Of a stretch of 38,146 nt of DNA, positions 1-7,391 are shown piece after piece. This DNA is from Saprospiraceae bacterium (lineage in GTDB: Bacteria > Bacteroidota > Bacteroidia > Chitinophagales > Saprospiraceae). Under the pieces are notes generated by a model that was given only the letters and a program-made list of their open reading frames with translations, was not told the DNA's origin and did no database searches. The DNA lies in NCBI GenBank assembly GCA_043719965.1, contig JAYSTG010000188.1, forward strand, positions 1 through 38,146. The letters run 5' to 3'. The translations under genes and the position numbers were made by a program. Within the stretch, counting starts at the first letter, position 1, and the number at the start of each line of letters is the position of its first letter.

Positions 1-534
1 TTAGAGCGGCCGTTGGAATATAATATTCTCCCCGCTTGGAGTGAGCTGACTAAAAAAATAGCTGCTGCCCGAATGGTTTTTATCAATACCCCGTCGGATA
101 ATCAAGGCAAGTCCAAAATCAATGTATTTGAAGCGGATGTAGTCATAGCCTGTATCCAGGCTATGCGCGATATTTTGAATACCAATCATATTCCTATTCG
201 ACATGAGACGATAGGTGTGATCACGCCGTATCGGGCACAGATCGCTCAAATCCGCAAAGTCATGCAAGACCATGCAATGGATCCAGATGAATTGACCATC
301 GATACGGTAGAGCGATACCAGGGTGGTGCCAGGGAAATAGTCATCCTTTCATTATGTACTAATCGCTTCTCTCAAGTGCAAAATATGATCTCTCTCTCAG
401 ATGATGGGGTAGACCGTAAACTCAATGTGGCCTTGACCCGAGCCCGAAAGCATCTTATTATTATAGGTAATGAAGAAATCTTGAGTAATTATCCGGTGTA
501 TAAAGCATTGATTGCGTATTGCAGGAGTTTCTAA
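1..534 (+). CDS. C-terminal fragment of a superfamily-1 (Upf1/DNA2-like, AAA_12-type) helicase; the 5' end lies outside the window
   Basis: The frame is open from nt 1; the track's 'M' at nt 13 is a TTG inside the frame. The translation carries the C-terminal RecA2 motifs of Upf1-like SF1 helicases: NVFEADVV, GVITPYRAQ, TVERYQGGAREIVILS and LNVALTRARKHLIIIGN. Confidence 0.85.
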   Translation, partial: LERPLEYNILPAWSELTKKIAAARMVFINTPSDNQGKSKINVFEADVVIACIQAMRDILNTNHIPIRHETIGVITPYRAQIAQIRKVMQDHAMDPDELTIDTVERYQGGAREIVILSLCTNRFSQVQNMISLSDDGVDRKLNVALTRARKHLIIIGNEEILSNYPVYKALIAYCRSF

Positions 535-586
535 TATGCCAGGGTATATAAAATACTTGTTGTTAACAATAACTAAAAGAAAAAGA

Positions 587-594
587 TAATTTTG
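587..594 (+). promoter_or_regulatory. candidate Bacteroidota -7 promoter box TAATTTTG (consensus TAnnTTTG)
   Basis: Perfect TAnnTTTG match. Its G (594) is 4 nt from the ATG at 599, which implies a leaderless or near-leaderless mRNA for the 67-aa ORF. No well-spaced -33 TTTG was seen. Confidence 0.35.
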
Positions 595-598
595 CATC

Positions 599-802
599 AT
601 GAAATCAATAGCTGACAAACTAAGAGACACAGTTGAGTTGGAGGAAAAGAAAAACGCTATACTCAACAACTTTAAGGAAGTTGACCAATTCATTTCACAA
701 ATTGATAAATTAGGTTATTCTCAAAAACCAGGTTACACACTTCCTCTTGTGGACACAATAGGTAAGACTACTTACTCTGTTTTAAACAAACTTTCTGTTT
801 AA
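599..802 (+). CDS. small hypothetical protein (67 aa), no family recognised
   Basis: ATG-initiated ORF in the gap between the helicase gene and the convergent DUF697 gene. The upstream region is A-rich and a -7 box lies directly upstream. The N-terminal half is charged and helical (KLRDTVELEEKKNAILNNFKEV). Coding status is not proven. Confidence 0.45.
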   Translation: MKSIADKLRDTVELEEKKNAILNNFKEVDQFISQIDKLGYSQKPGYTLPLVDTIGKTTYSVLNKLSV

Positions 803-863
803 GATCGTACAAGATTTGCCTATCAAATAGGAACTCACTTGCAAGGAAATAAGGATGGTCACC

Positions 864-1544
864 CTAAATCCGACTCAACAATTTTTCTTTTTGCTTCAGA
901 TATTCTTCTTCTGAGATGACCCCTTTGTCTTTGAGGGCACTGAGTTTTTCGAGCGATGCGAAGATCTCTTCTTTGGATTGTTGAGAAGATGATGATTTTT
1001 GCTCTTTTTCTGTTCGAATACTGAATTCTTTACCTTTCTCGAATTCTTCCTTATACTGTTGTCTTTCTTTTTCAGCATTAAAATCAGCCAAGGTGCCCCC
1101 TTTTCCAAAGTGCTGAATAAATACTTGACCGACCGCATAAGTGCTAGCGCCAGATATGATGGACATGGAGGCAGATCCCAGGATAGTACCTATGACAGGT
1201 ATAGCTTTTACGGCACTTGCAGCTAACCTCCCTAAAGATGGTCCGACTAATGCACTCACGATACTTTTCCCGACTTGTTCATTAAAGTCAATTCCATATA
1301 TTTTGGACAAGGATCTGATCATATTGATTTGTACCCCAGTCACAGCGGCAAAATCTACTAATGGTATAGGAATAAGCCCACCACCGACTGCGAGTAATAA
1401 ATGGGTTTTAACGATTTCCTGTGCTAATACGTTTTTATTGTCCTTATTGCTATTATCCATCATAGAATCTAATTTTTTTCCAAATTTATAAGCGTATTTA
1501 CCGCCTTTTATTAAAATTCGACCAATATCACCTGTTGTAGACAT
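864..1544 (-). CDS. DUF697 (YcjF-like) membrane-associated protein with a C-terminal SHOCT domain
   Basis: The core GGGLIPIPLVDFAAVTGVQINMIRSLSKIYG plus G/A/S-rich hydrophobic segments is typical of DUF697. The tail EEIFASLEKLSALKDKGVISEEEYLKQKEKLL matches the SHOCT motif. I placed the start at ATG 1544 (MSTTGD...) because a TAACTTTG -7 box lies at 1566-1573, inside the longer track ORF that begins at 1604. Confidence 0.7.
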   Translation of the reverse strand: MSTTGDIGRILIKGGKYAYKFGKKLDSMMDNSNKDNKNVLAQEIVKTHLLLAVGGGLIPIPLVDFAAVTGVQINMIRSLSKIYGIDFNEQVGKSIVSALVGPSLGRLAASAVKAIPVIGTILGSASMSIISGASTYAVGQVFIQHFGKGGTLADFNAEKERQQYKEEFEKGKEFSIRTEKEQKSSSSQQSKEEIFASLEKLSALKDKGVISEEEYLKQKEKLLSRI

Positions 1545-1565
1545 GTATGTAATACAATTTCTGTT

Positions 1566-1573
1566 CAAAGTTA
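1566..1573 (-). promoter_or_regulatory. candidate -7 promoter box TAACTTTG (minus strand)
   Basis: Perfect TAnnTTTG on the minus strand, 21 nt upstream of ATG 1544. It supports the shorter start for the DUF697 gene. Confidence 0.35.
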
Positions 1574-1661
1574 GTTCAACCCCCCTGAGAACCACTAGAT
1601 CCATTCGTATAAAATGACTTGGATTTTTGTCACTTCAGGGTATTAAAAATACCATCCCGAT

Positions 1662-2288
1662 CTATGGAATATTCAAGATCTTATGCATCTGGAGGCTTAA
1701 GCTCCATCTAGGGTGTGCCTTACAATATTCAAGAGTGAGCACAGTGTTTTTTTCTACATTGGGACCATCCATTGGTTGCAAACTAAATCTATTAAAATCA
1801 AGATTTTCATATTGGTCCGGTGGCGCATCGGACTGTGGATAGACAAGTTTGAGCTCATGGCCTTTGGTGACCATGAGGGGAGCTGTGGACTTAGGGCTCA
1901 CGCAAATCCAATCGATACCTTCGGCTAATAAGATTGTACCATTAGTCTCAATAGAGATTATACACCCAGCTTCATGCAATCTGTCCACCAAGGCCTGATC
2001 CAATTGTAACGCAGGTTCTCCCCCAGTACATACCAAAAATGGGGGGACGCTTTTATCAGGCCACAGATCTTGAATGATATTTATTAATTGATCAATAGTA
2101 TATTTTCCGCCTAATGGTCCGTCAGTACTTACAAAGTCTGTATCACAAAATGTACATATCGCAGTAGCTCTATGTTTTTCATTTCCGCTCCACAGATTAC
2201 ACCCTGCAAATCGCATAAAAATAGCCGGTCTACCTGTATATTGACCCTCTCCTTGTAAAGTATAAAAAATTTCTTTTAGTGAATACAT
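1662..2288 (-). CDS. queE: 7-carboxy-7-deazaguanine synthase (radical SAM, queuosine/7-deazapurine pathway)
   Basis: The N-terminus MYSLKEIFYTLQGEGQYTGRPAIFMRFAGCN matches QueE. The cluster motif is C30-x14-C45-x2-C48 (GCNLWSGNEKHRATAICTFCDTDF). The track start at 2333 is a TTG that would overlap the upstream gene, so I prefer ATG 2288. Confidence 0.9.
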   Translation of the reverse strand: MYSLKEIFYTLQGEGQYTGRPAIFMRFAGCNLWSGNEKHRATAICTFCDTDFVSTDGPLGGKYTIDQLINIIQDLWPDKSVPPFLVCTGGEPALQLDQALVDRLHEAGCIISIETNGTILLAEGIDWICVSPKSTAPLMVTKGHELKLVYPQSDAPPDQYENLDFNRFSLQPMDGPNVEKNTVLTLEYCKAHPRWSLSLQMHKILNIP

Positions 2289-2307
2289 GGATAGGTAGTC
2301 CAGGTGA

Positions 2308-2694
2308 TCAGGATAGGATGGCAGTAGCTTCAATTTCGACCAACATATCAGGGTCGATTAATGCCGATACTTCAACCATAGTAGTTGCAGGCTTTATGCT
2401 ACCAAAGAATTCTCCATGTGCCATACCTGCTTCTTCCCATCGCTTGATATCAGTCACGTAGATACGAGTTCGTACCACATCTTGCATTTTAGCTCCTGCC
2501 CGGATGAGGGCAGCCTGTATAATTTCGAGACAGGTCTTGGTCTGAATATACATATCGCCTTTACCTTGCAGCACACCATCCAATACCGGAGCAGTCCCTG
2601 ATACTTCAATCTGCTTGCCTATTTTTACTGCTCGGCTATATCCTACGATGTCTTCCCATTTTGCACCGGAAGAAATATTTTCTCTTTTATTCAT
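2308..2694 (-). CDS. RidA/YjgF/L-PSP family protein (reactive-intermediate deaminase family)
   Basis: 128 aa with family-typical segments: GYSRAVKIG..IEVSGT, RTRIYVTDI and a C-terminal VEIEATA. Confidence 0.8.
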   Translation of the reverse strand: MNKRENISSGAKWEDIVGYSRAVKIGKQIEVSGTAPVLDGVLQGKGDMYIQTKTCLEIIQAALIRAGAKMQDVVRTRIYVTDIKRWEEAGMAHGEFFGSIKPATTMVEVSALIDPDMLVEIEATAILS

Positions 2695-2722
2695 TTAATC
2701 TATTCGAATTAAATTATATATA

Positions 2723-3307
2723 TTAATCGTTAGCCATAAGTCCACTTAAGAAAGCTTTAAGGTTACCTATAGTTTGTAAGGGGTCTATAGCTGCTTTTGC
2801 AGGAACTACATATCGTATGATCCCTTTTTTATCGGCTATAAAAAAACGTGGTGTTCCTAATTCTTTACCATAGATCGCTTCGCCTAAAAAGGCGCCATTC
2901 GGCACCACGGTGTATTGTATGTCATGCTCATTGACATATTGTTGTATTTGTGACCTAGATTCATCGCCAAAGCTTAGTAAGTCTGCTCTCAAGGTTGCTA
3001 ATTCTTTGATCAAATCATTACAATAGGGTATATATTCAGCAGCTAGTTGATCCTCTTTACTCCAAAAAAAGAGAATAAAACTTTTACCGTAATAGTTGCT
3101 GATGGTACGGCTGACTTGATTGAGGTCATTGGCTTGAAATGCCGGTGCAGGTTTGTCCAAAAATGAATTGGCTAAGTCTTGAATGGGCAGTGAAAATTTT
3201 AAAGGCTCTACTTTAAACGTACTGGTTGCAACGGTAAGTTGACCATAAGAGTGAGGACTGCATAAAAAGCAACTAAGAAAAATGAAGTAAATTAGAAAAG
3301 TATTCAT
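2723..3307 (-). CDS. secreted thioredoxin-fold (TlpA/AhpC-TSA-like) protein lacking the CxxC active site
   Basis: N-terminal signal peptide (MNTFLIYFIFLSCFLCSPHSYGQ). The redoxin-like core GKSFILFFWSKEDQLAAEYIPY has K-E-D-Q where TlpA-like proteins carry W-C-x-x-C. The C-terminal PRFFIADKKGII is typical of the fold. Confidence 0.65.
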   Translation of the reverse strand: MNTFLIYFIFLSCFLCSPHSYGQLTVATSTFKVEPLKFSLPIQDLANSFLDKPAPAFQANDLNQVSRTISNYYGKSFILFFWSKEDQLAAEYIPYCNDLIKELATLRADLLSFGDESRSQIQQYVNEHDIQYTVVPNGAFLGEAIYGKELGTPRFFIADKKGIIRYVVPAKAAIDPLQTIGNLKAFLSGLMAND

Positions 3308-3353
3308 GTCTAGTAAGGGTCTGGTGAATGAGTAATAGGTGATAGTCCTGGAA

Positions 3354-3914
3354 TTAATAATTTTGAATTCTACTTATTCTACTTGCAAAAATACGATAAA
3401 AGTCCATTAAATCTTTACATACATAATCGGCCTGACCGGGATTAATTACCTCAGGATGAATATAAACGGTGATCATTTGAAGGTTTTTGCCAAATTCAAT
3501 ATCTGAAATGGAGTCACCTACCATGACAGATTTCTTAAAATTAATGGATGGAAATTCTTTTTTAGCACGATAGCCCATCCAGGGATTAGGTTTGCGACAA
3601 GAAGGTGTTTGACTGGAACTTGCAGGACAATAATAAATAGCATCTACATGTCCGCCTTGTTTTCGAATTACTTTTTTCATACGAGCATGCACTTGCCATA
3701 AAGCTTGTTCGGTCATTACCCCTTTAGCTATGCCTTGCTGATTCGTCACTATGAATAGATGATCACAAATAGGTTTTAAAACTTTTAAAGTTTTCAATAC
3801 ACCAGGCAAAAATCTAAATTCATTCCAAGACTTGACATAGTCGTCAGGCCTTCGTTGATTGATGACTCCATCTCGATCCAGAAATATGGTCCAACCTGAT
3901 TTAGTTTTTTTCAT
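3354..3914 (-). CDS. gmhB: D-glycero-D-manno-heptose 1,7-bisphosphate phosphatase (HAD-IIIA)
   Basis: FLDRDGVIN (HAD motif I), VTNQ (motif II), the CP...CRKPNPWM zinc/HAD-IIIA signature and GDSISD (motif IV). Its ATG overlaps the hddC stop (ATGA). Confidence 0.85.
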   Translation of the reverse strand: MKKTKSGWTIFLDRDGVINQRRPDDYVKSWNEFRFLPGVLKTLKVLKPICDHLFIVTNQQGIAKGVMTEQALWQVHARMKKVIRKQGGHVDAIYYCPASSSQTPSCRKPNPWMGYRAKKEFPSINFKKSVMVGDSISDIEFGKNLQMITVYIHPEVINPGQADYVCKDLMDFYRIFASRISRIQNY

Positions 3915-4606
3915 CTTAACTTGAACGCTTGAATTTTTTCATAATCAGCCGGAATGCCGATATCTATAAATTTGGCTCTGGATTTATATCCACCTAATAT
4001 AACGTGACCATTATTTTTTTCGAAAATTTCTTTTTCAATTGAAAAGGCATGACCTAATTGAAAAGCATTGAATATTTTTTTATTGGTGAGATAGATACCA
4101 CCATTGATATAGCCTGAATCCACCCATTTTTTTTCATAAAAAGCTTTAATCTCATGATTTTTGGAGATCTGAATGGCGCCATATCGATCAAATGATTTGA
4201 AGTGTTTTACAGCCAGGGTCATATCATAGCGATGGAGAAGATGAAAATCTTTCATTTTGTTTAGTGATACTGGAAAATAAGTATCCCCATTAATGATAAA
4301 ATTTTGAGAGGCATGACATAATTGTAAAGCTTGTCGAATCGCACCACCCGTACCGAGCGGTGTGGCTTCTACAGAATAGATCAAAGGGATTCCATGAAAA
4401 CTATCACCAAAGTGATTCGAAATGATTTCGCCGTGGTGTGAAATCGCCAATACTATTTTTTTGATTCCTTCTTGTCTAAGATATCTTAATATCCAATATA
4501 GAAATGGATGGCCTTGTACCGATACCATAGATTTCGGTATTTTATCATGCGTGATAGACTTCAATCGGGTGCCTAATCCACCGGCCAATACAATGGCGGT
4601 ATTCAA
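3911..4606 (-). CDS. hddC: D-glycero-alpha-D-manno-heptose 1-phosphate guanylyltransferase (sugar nucleotidyltransferase)
   Basis: AIVLAGGLGTRLKSIT nucleotidyltransferase loop and ATPLGTGGAI. It sits between gmhA and gmhB. The start codon is TTG and overlaps the gmhA stop (TTGA). Confidence 0.8.
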   Translation of the reverse strand: MNTAIVLAGGLGTRLKSITHDKIPKSMVSVQGHPFLYWILRYLRQEGIKKIVLAISHHGEIISNHFGDSFHGIPLIYSVEATPLGTGGAIRQALQLCHASQNFIINGDTYFPVSLNKMKDFHLLHRYDMTLAVKHFKSFDRYGAIQISKNHEIKAFYEKKWVDSGYINGGIYLTNKKIFNAFQLGHAFSIEKEIFEKNNGHVILGGYKSRAKFIDIGIPADYEKIQAFKLR

Positions 4607-5181
4607 GGAAACAGAGTTTTTTCGACTAATTCACAAATGATATGGCCGATGGTAATATGACATTCTTGTATGCGCGGGGTGTCTGATGATGGTACATTGA
4701 TCAATAAATCTGAATGACGCAACAGGTTGCCTCCGGACCTGCCGGTGAGACCTATACAAATAATGCCAAGTTCTTTTGCTGCTTCAAACGCTTTTATAAT
4801 ATTCACAGAATTGCCTGATGTACTCAGTCCTATCAATACATCTCCTGTATTACCGCTCCCTTTCAATAATCGAGCATAAACAAAATCAAAACCATAATCA
4901 TTGCCCACAGCAGTGAGATAGGAAGTATTTACATGTAGCGCTTCAGAAGGTAGGGGAGCACGATCTTTATAAAACCGACCTGAAAATTCGGCAGCCAGAT
5001 GTTGAGCATCGGCTGCGCTACCTCCATTTCCACAGAACAAGACTTTGTTTTTATTTTGAAACGCTTTAATACAGATCTCCGCTGCTTCTTGGATGGCCGA
5101 AACCAATCTATCATCTTGCAAAAGTTTTTGTTTAGTAGAAATACTTTCTGAAAGTATGGATCGTATAGTTGACTCGAACAT
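4603..5181 (-). CDS. gmhA: phosphoheptose (sedoheptulose-7-phosphate) isomerase, SIS domain
   Basis: FCGNGGSAADAQHLAAEF, the TAVGNDYGFD..F segment and GLSTSGNS are GmhA signatures. Confidence 0.9.
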   Translation of the reverse strand: MFESTIRSILSESISTKQKLLQDDRLVSAIQEAAEICIKAFQNKNKVLFCGNGGSAADAQHLAAEFSGRFYKDRAPLPSEALHVNTSYLTAVGNDYGFDFVYARLLKGSGNTGDVLIGLSTSGNSVNIIKAFEAAKELGIICIGLTGRSGGNLLRHSDLLINVPSSDTPRIQECHITIGHIICELVEKTLFP

Positions 5182-5188
5182 CTTTGAT

Positions 5189-6214
5189 TTATTTTATAGT
5201 CCAGGAAGTCATGCCTTGTTGAACAAAACTAAATGATTTGAATGCACCGCCCATAGGCTCTAACGCTTTGATGATTTTGTATCGTGTATTACCAGGTGCA
5301 TACAACATTAAAAAACCTCCACCACCTGCACCAGAGATTTTTCCACCTGTAGCTCCATTTTTTAAGGCCAATGCATAAATTTCATCTATAGCTGGGTTGG
5401 AAATGCCTACTGCTGTTTTTTTCTTTTGTTGCCACCCATAATCAAGCAACTCGCCTATCGATTTTAATTTGCCTGTTAATAGTGCTTCCTTCATGAGTAC
5501 TGCCTGTTCTTTTAATTTATGGGCTGCGTCGAGTGATTGTTCTATTTTATCAGTGAAATTAGCAGATTGTTTTTCTATGATAGTGGATGACAATCTGGAA
5601 GTACCTGTGTAGTAAAGCAAGATATTAAGTTCCAATTCCTGGATATACTCTGGTCTGATCCGAAGTGGATTGACGATGACTTTATCGCCGGCATAAAATT
5701 CCATAAAATTGAAGCCTCCAAATGTGGCTGCATATTGATCCTGTTTCCCTCCTGATATCATTAGATCTTTTCGCTCTATATCATAGGCTATTCTTGCAAG
5801 GTCGTATTCACCCATCGGGATTTTCAACCATTCACTATATGCTCCTACTGTGGCAACGGTGACGGTAGACGAAGCACCCAACCCTGAGCCCTTAGGTACA
5901 TCTACATAAGTACTGATTCCATATGCAGGTAATTTGCCCTTATGCTCCATAAAAATTCTATTATGACATCCTTTGATCAGATCGAGTTGATCATCGATAG
6001 GTAATTTTTTTGCTTTTCTATATGCTTTACTTTGATCGAGGTCAAAGGATTCGATTTTGATTTTGTCAGAATGGTCTGGAATAATAGTGGCGTGAGCAAA
6101 AATACTTATCGTAGCATTGAGTATAGCGCCGCCATACAGATCAGAGTATGGTGAGACATCAGTACCACCTCCGGCCAGTCCTATACGAAGGGGAGCTCTT
6201 GCACGTACAATCAT
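5189..6214 (-). CDS. hddA: D-glycero-alpha-D-manno-heptose 7-phosphate kinase (GHMP kinase)
   Basis: N-terminal RAPLRIGLAGGGTDVSPY, GHMP motif II PKGSGLGASSTVTVA and the C-terminal GGKISGAGGGGF. Its position in the heptose cluster supports the call. Confidence 0.85.
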   Translation of the reverse strand: MIVRARAPLRIGLAGGGTDVSPYSDLYGGAILNATISIFAHATIIPDHSDKIKIESFDLDQSKAYRKAKKLPIDDQLDLIKGCHNRIFMEHKGKLPAYGISTYVDVPKGSGLGASSTVTVATVGAYSEWLKIPMGEYDLARIAYDIERKDLMISGGKQDQYAATFGGFNFMEFYAGDKVIVNPLRIRPEYIQELELNILLYYTGTSRLSSTIIEKQSANFTDKIEQSLDAAHKLKEQAVLMKEALLTGKLKSIGELLDYGWQQKKKTAVGISNPAIDEIYALALKNGATGGKISGAGGGGFLMLYAPGNTRYKIIKALEPMGGAFKSFSFVQQGMTSWTIK

Positions 6215-6218
6215 AGGT

Positions 6219-6226
6219 CAAATATA
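6219..6226 (-). promoter_or_regulatory. candidate -7 promoter box TATATTTG (minus strand) for hddA
   Basis: Perfect TAnnTTTG. Its G is 4 nt from the hddA ATG (6214). It lies in the only real gap (64 nt) inside the glycosylation gene block. Confidence 0.35.
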
Positions 6227-6278
6227 CAATAATACAATATATTAAATAAATGTATTATATGTTTTTAAGAGGGTCGTA

Positions 6279-7391
6279 TTATCCTTGGACCACAGCATCA
6301 GCCATAGCTGACCAGGCATATCTGGCTTGAACTTTTGTAATTGCTGAATCAAATAATTTAGGATTAGGATGGTTGAAGAACGCTTGAATAGCCTTGGCAA
6401 TTTCTTCTTTATTTGGTTCCACGACATAGCCTGAAACTTGATCCTCAATGATTTCATGAAGGCCACCTACCTTGGTCACTACCGTTGGTTTTTTAAAATG
6501 TATGGCGATCTGGGCAATGCCACTTTGAGTAGCCGATTTATAAGGCTGGACCACCAGATCACAAGCAGAAAAGTAATATTTCACATCTTCATTACTAATA
6601 AAATGGGTGTGTTGAACCAATGCGGATTCTATGTCCAGTTTTTCTATTAATTGATGATATGGAGTTGGATCTGTATAATACTCTCCTGCAATAATAAATT
6701 TCACTTTCGTGCAGGTGGATTTAAGGATAGCTATGGCTTCATAAAGAAGATCAAGACCTTTGTAATCTCGAATAAATCCAAAGAACAAAACATAACGGTA
6801 TGAATCATCCAACGCTAATTTCTGCAATGCCATTTTTTGATCTACCCCTTCACCATAATTATCATAGATAGGATGCGGAATGAATTGAGCAGGTTTGATG
6901 GGGTCAAAGGTCATTAGGTCATCTCCGACTTGTCGAGACATATAGATGAATCGATCTACCGCACGCACAAAATATCTTGTGAATAAGTAGTCGCCAGGTC
7001 TTTTTTCATGAGGTATGATATTATCCAGAATGCTGATCACTTGAGTGTTGGAACATTTTGCCAATCGAAGGATAGTACCAAAACAAGGCCCCATAATTGG
7101 TAACCAATATTTGCAGATGATAATATCTGGTTGCAGTTTTTTTATTTTTTTACCAGTAACGATCCAATTCAATGGGTTAAATGAATGTATCCACCGATGT
7201 ATTTCTAGTGGCGGAGCTGGATCCTCACTCATCTGAGACTTACCGGGAAATAAAAAGGAAGGATACTGTATAGTAAATGTAATGATCTGAACCTGATGCC
7301 CCATCTTCATCAATTCCTGAGCTAATCTTTCATTAAATGCAGATAACCCTCCTCGGAATGGGTAGGCAGTACCTAAGATTACAATTTTCAT
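6279..7391 (-). CDS. glycosyltransferase, GT-B fold (family 4/1-like)
   Basis: 370 aa. N-terminal MKIVILGTAYPFRGGLS. The C-terminal half, with PYKSATQSGIAQIAIHFKKPTVVTKVGGLHEIIEDQVSGYVVEP, resembles the GT4 nucleotide-sugar binding region. A 4-nt ATGA overlap joins it to the upstream GT2 gene. Confidence 0.8.
   Translation of the reverse strand: MKIVILGTAYPFRGGLSAFNERLAQELMKMGHQVQIITFTIQYPSFLFPGKSQMSEDPAPPLEIHRWIHSFNPLNWIVTGKKIKKLQPDIIICKYWLPIMGPCFGTILRLAKCSNTQVISILDNIIPHEKRPGDYLFTRYFVRAVDRFIYMSRQVGDDLMTFDPIKPAQFIPHPIYDNYGEGVDQKMALQKLALDDSYRYVLFFGFIRDYKGLDLLYEAIAILKSTCTKVKFIIAGEYYTDPTPYHQLIEKLDIESALVQHTHFISNEDVKYYFSACDLVVQPYKSATQSGIAQIAIHFKKPTVVTKVGGLHEIIEDQVSGYVVEPNKEEIAKAIQAFFNHPNPKLFDSAITKVQARYAWSAMADAVVQG

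Noticed and set aside
397-693. 98-aa minus-strand ORF overlapping the helicase 3' end and the 67-aa ORF. Similar antisense or alternate-frame ORFs occur at 1141-1491, 12611-12895, 16902-17168, 27285-27683 and 33870-34202.
   Set aside because: All lie antisense to, or out of frame within, genes that have strong family signatures. Their translations are low-complexity or rich in odd residues with no recognisable motifs. They are best explained as shadow ORFs in AT-rich DNA.
1545-1604. Longer start codons offered by the ORF track: 1604 for the DUF697 gene, 2333 for queE and 12382 for cbpA.
   Set aside because: The 2333 start is a TTG that would overlap the RidA gene, and the QueE N-terminus aligns from ATG 2288. 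The 1604 extension contains the -7 box at 1566-1573. J-proteins begin a few residues before DYY, which favours 12415.
1639-1653. Hairpin GGTATT-AAA-AATACC downstream of queE as a terminator.
   Set aside because: The stem is only 6 bp and AT-rich, the loop is 3 nt, and no U-tract follows on the minus strand. This is too weak to call.
6224-6239. Tandem ATACAATA x2 in the hddA-GT4 intergenic spacer.
   Set aside because: Two copies of an 8-mer in AT-rich spacer are not significant. The feature also overlaps the candidate -7 box.
6242-6466. 74-aa ORF overlapping the 3' end of the GT4 gene.
   Set aside because: It is an alternate frame of the same strand inside a well-supported glycosyltransferase gene, and the translation has no protein-like features.
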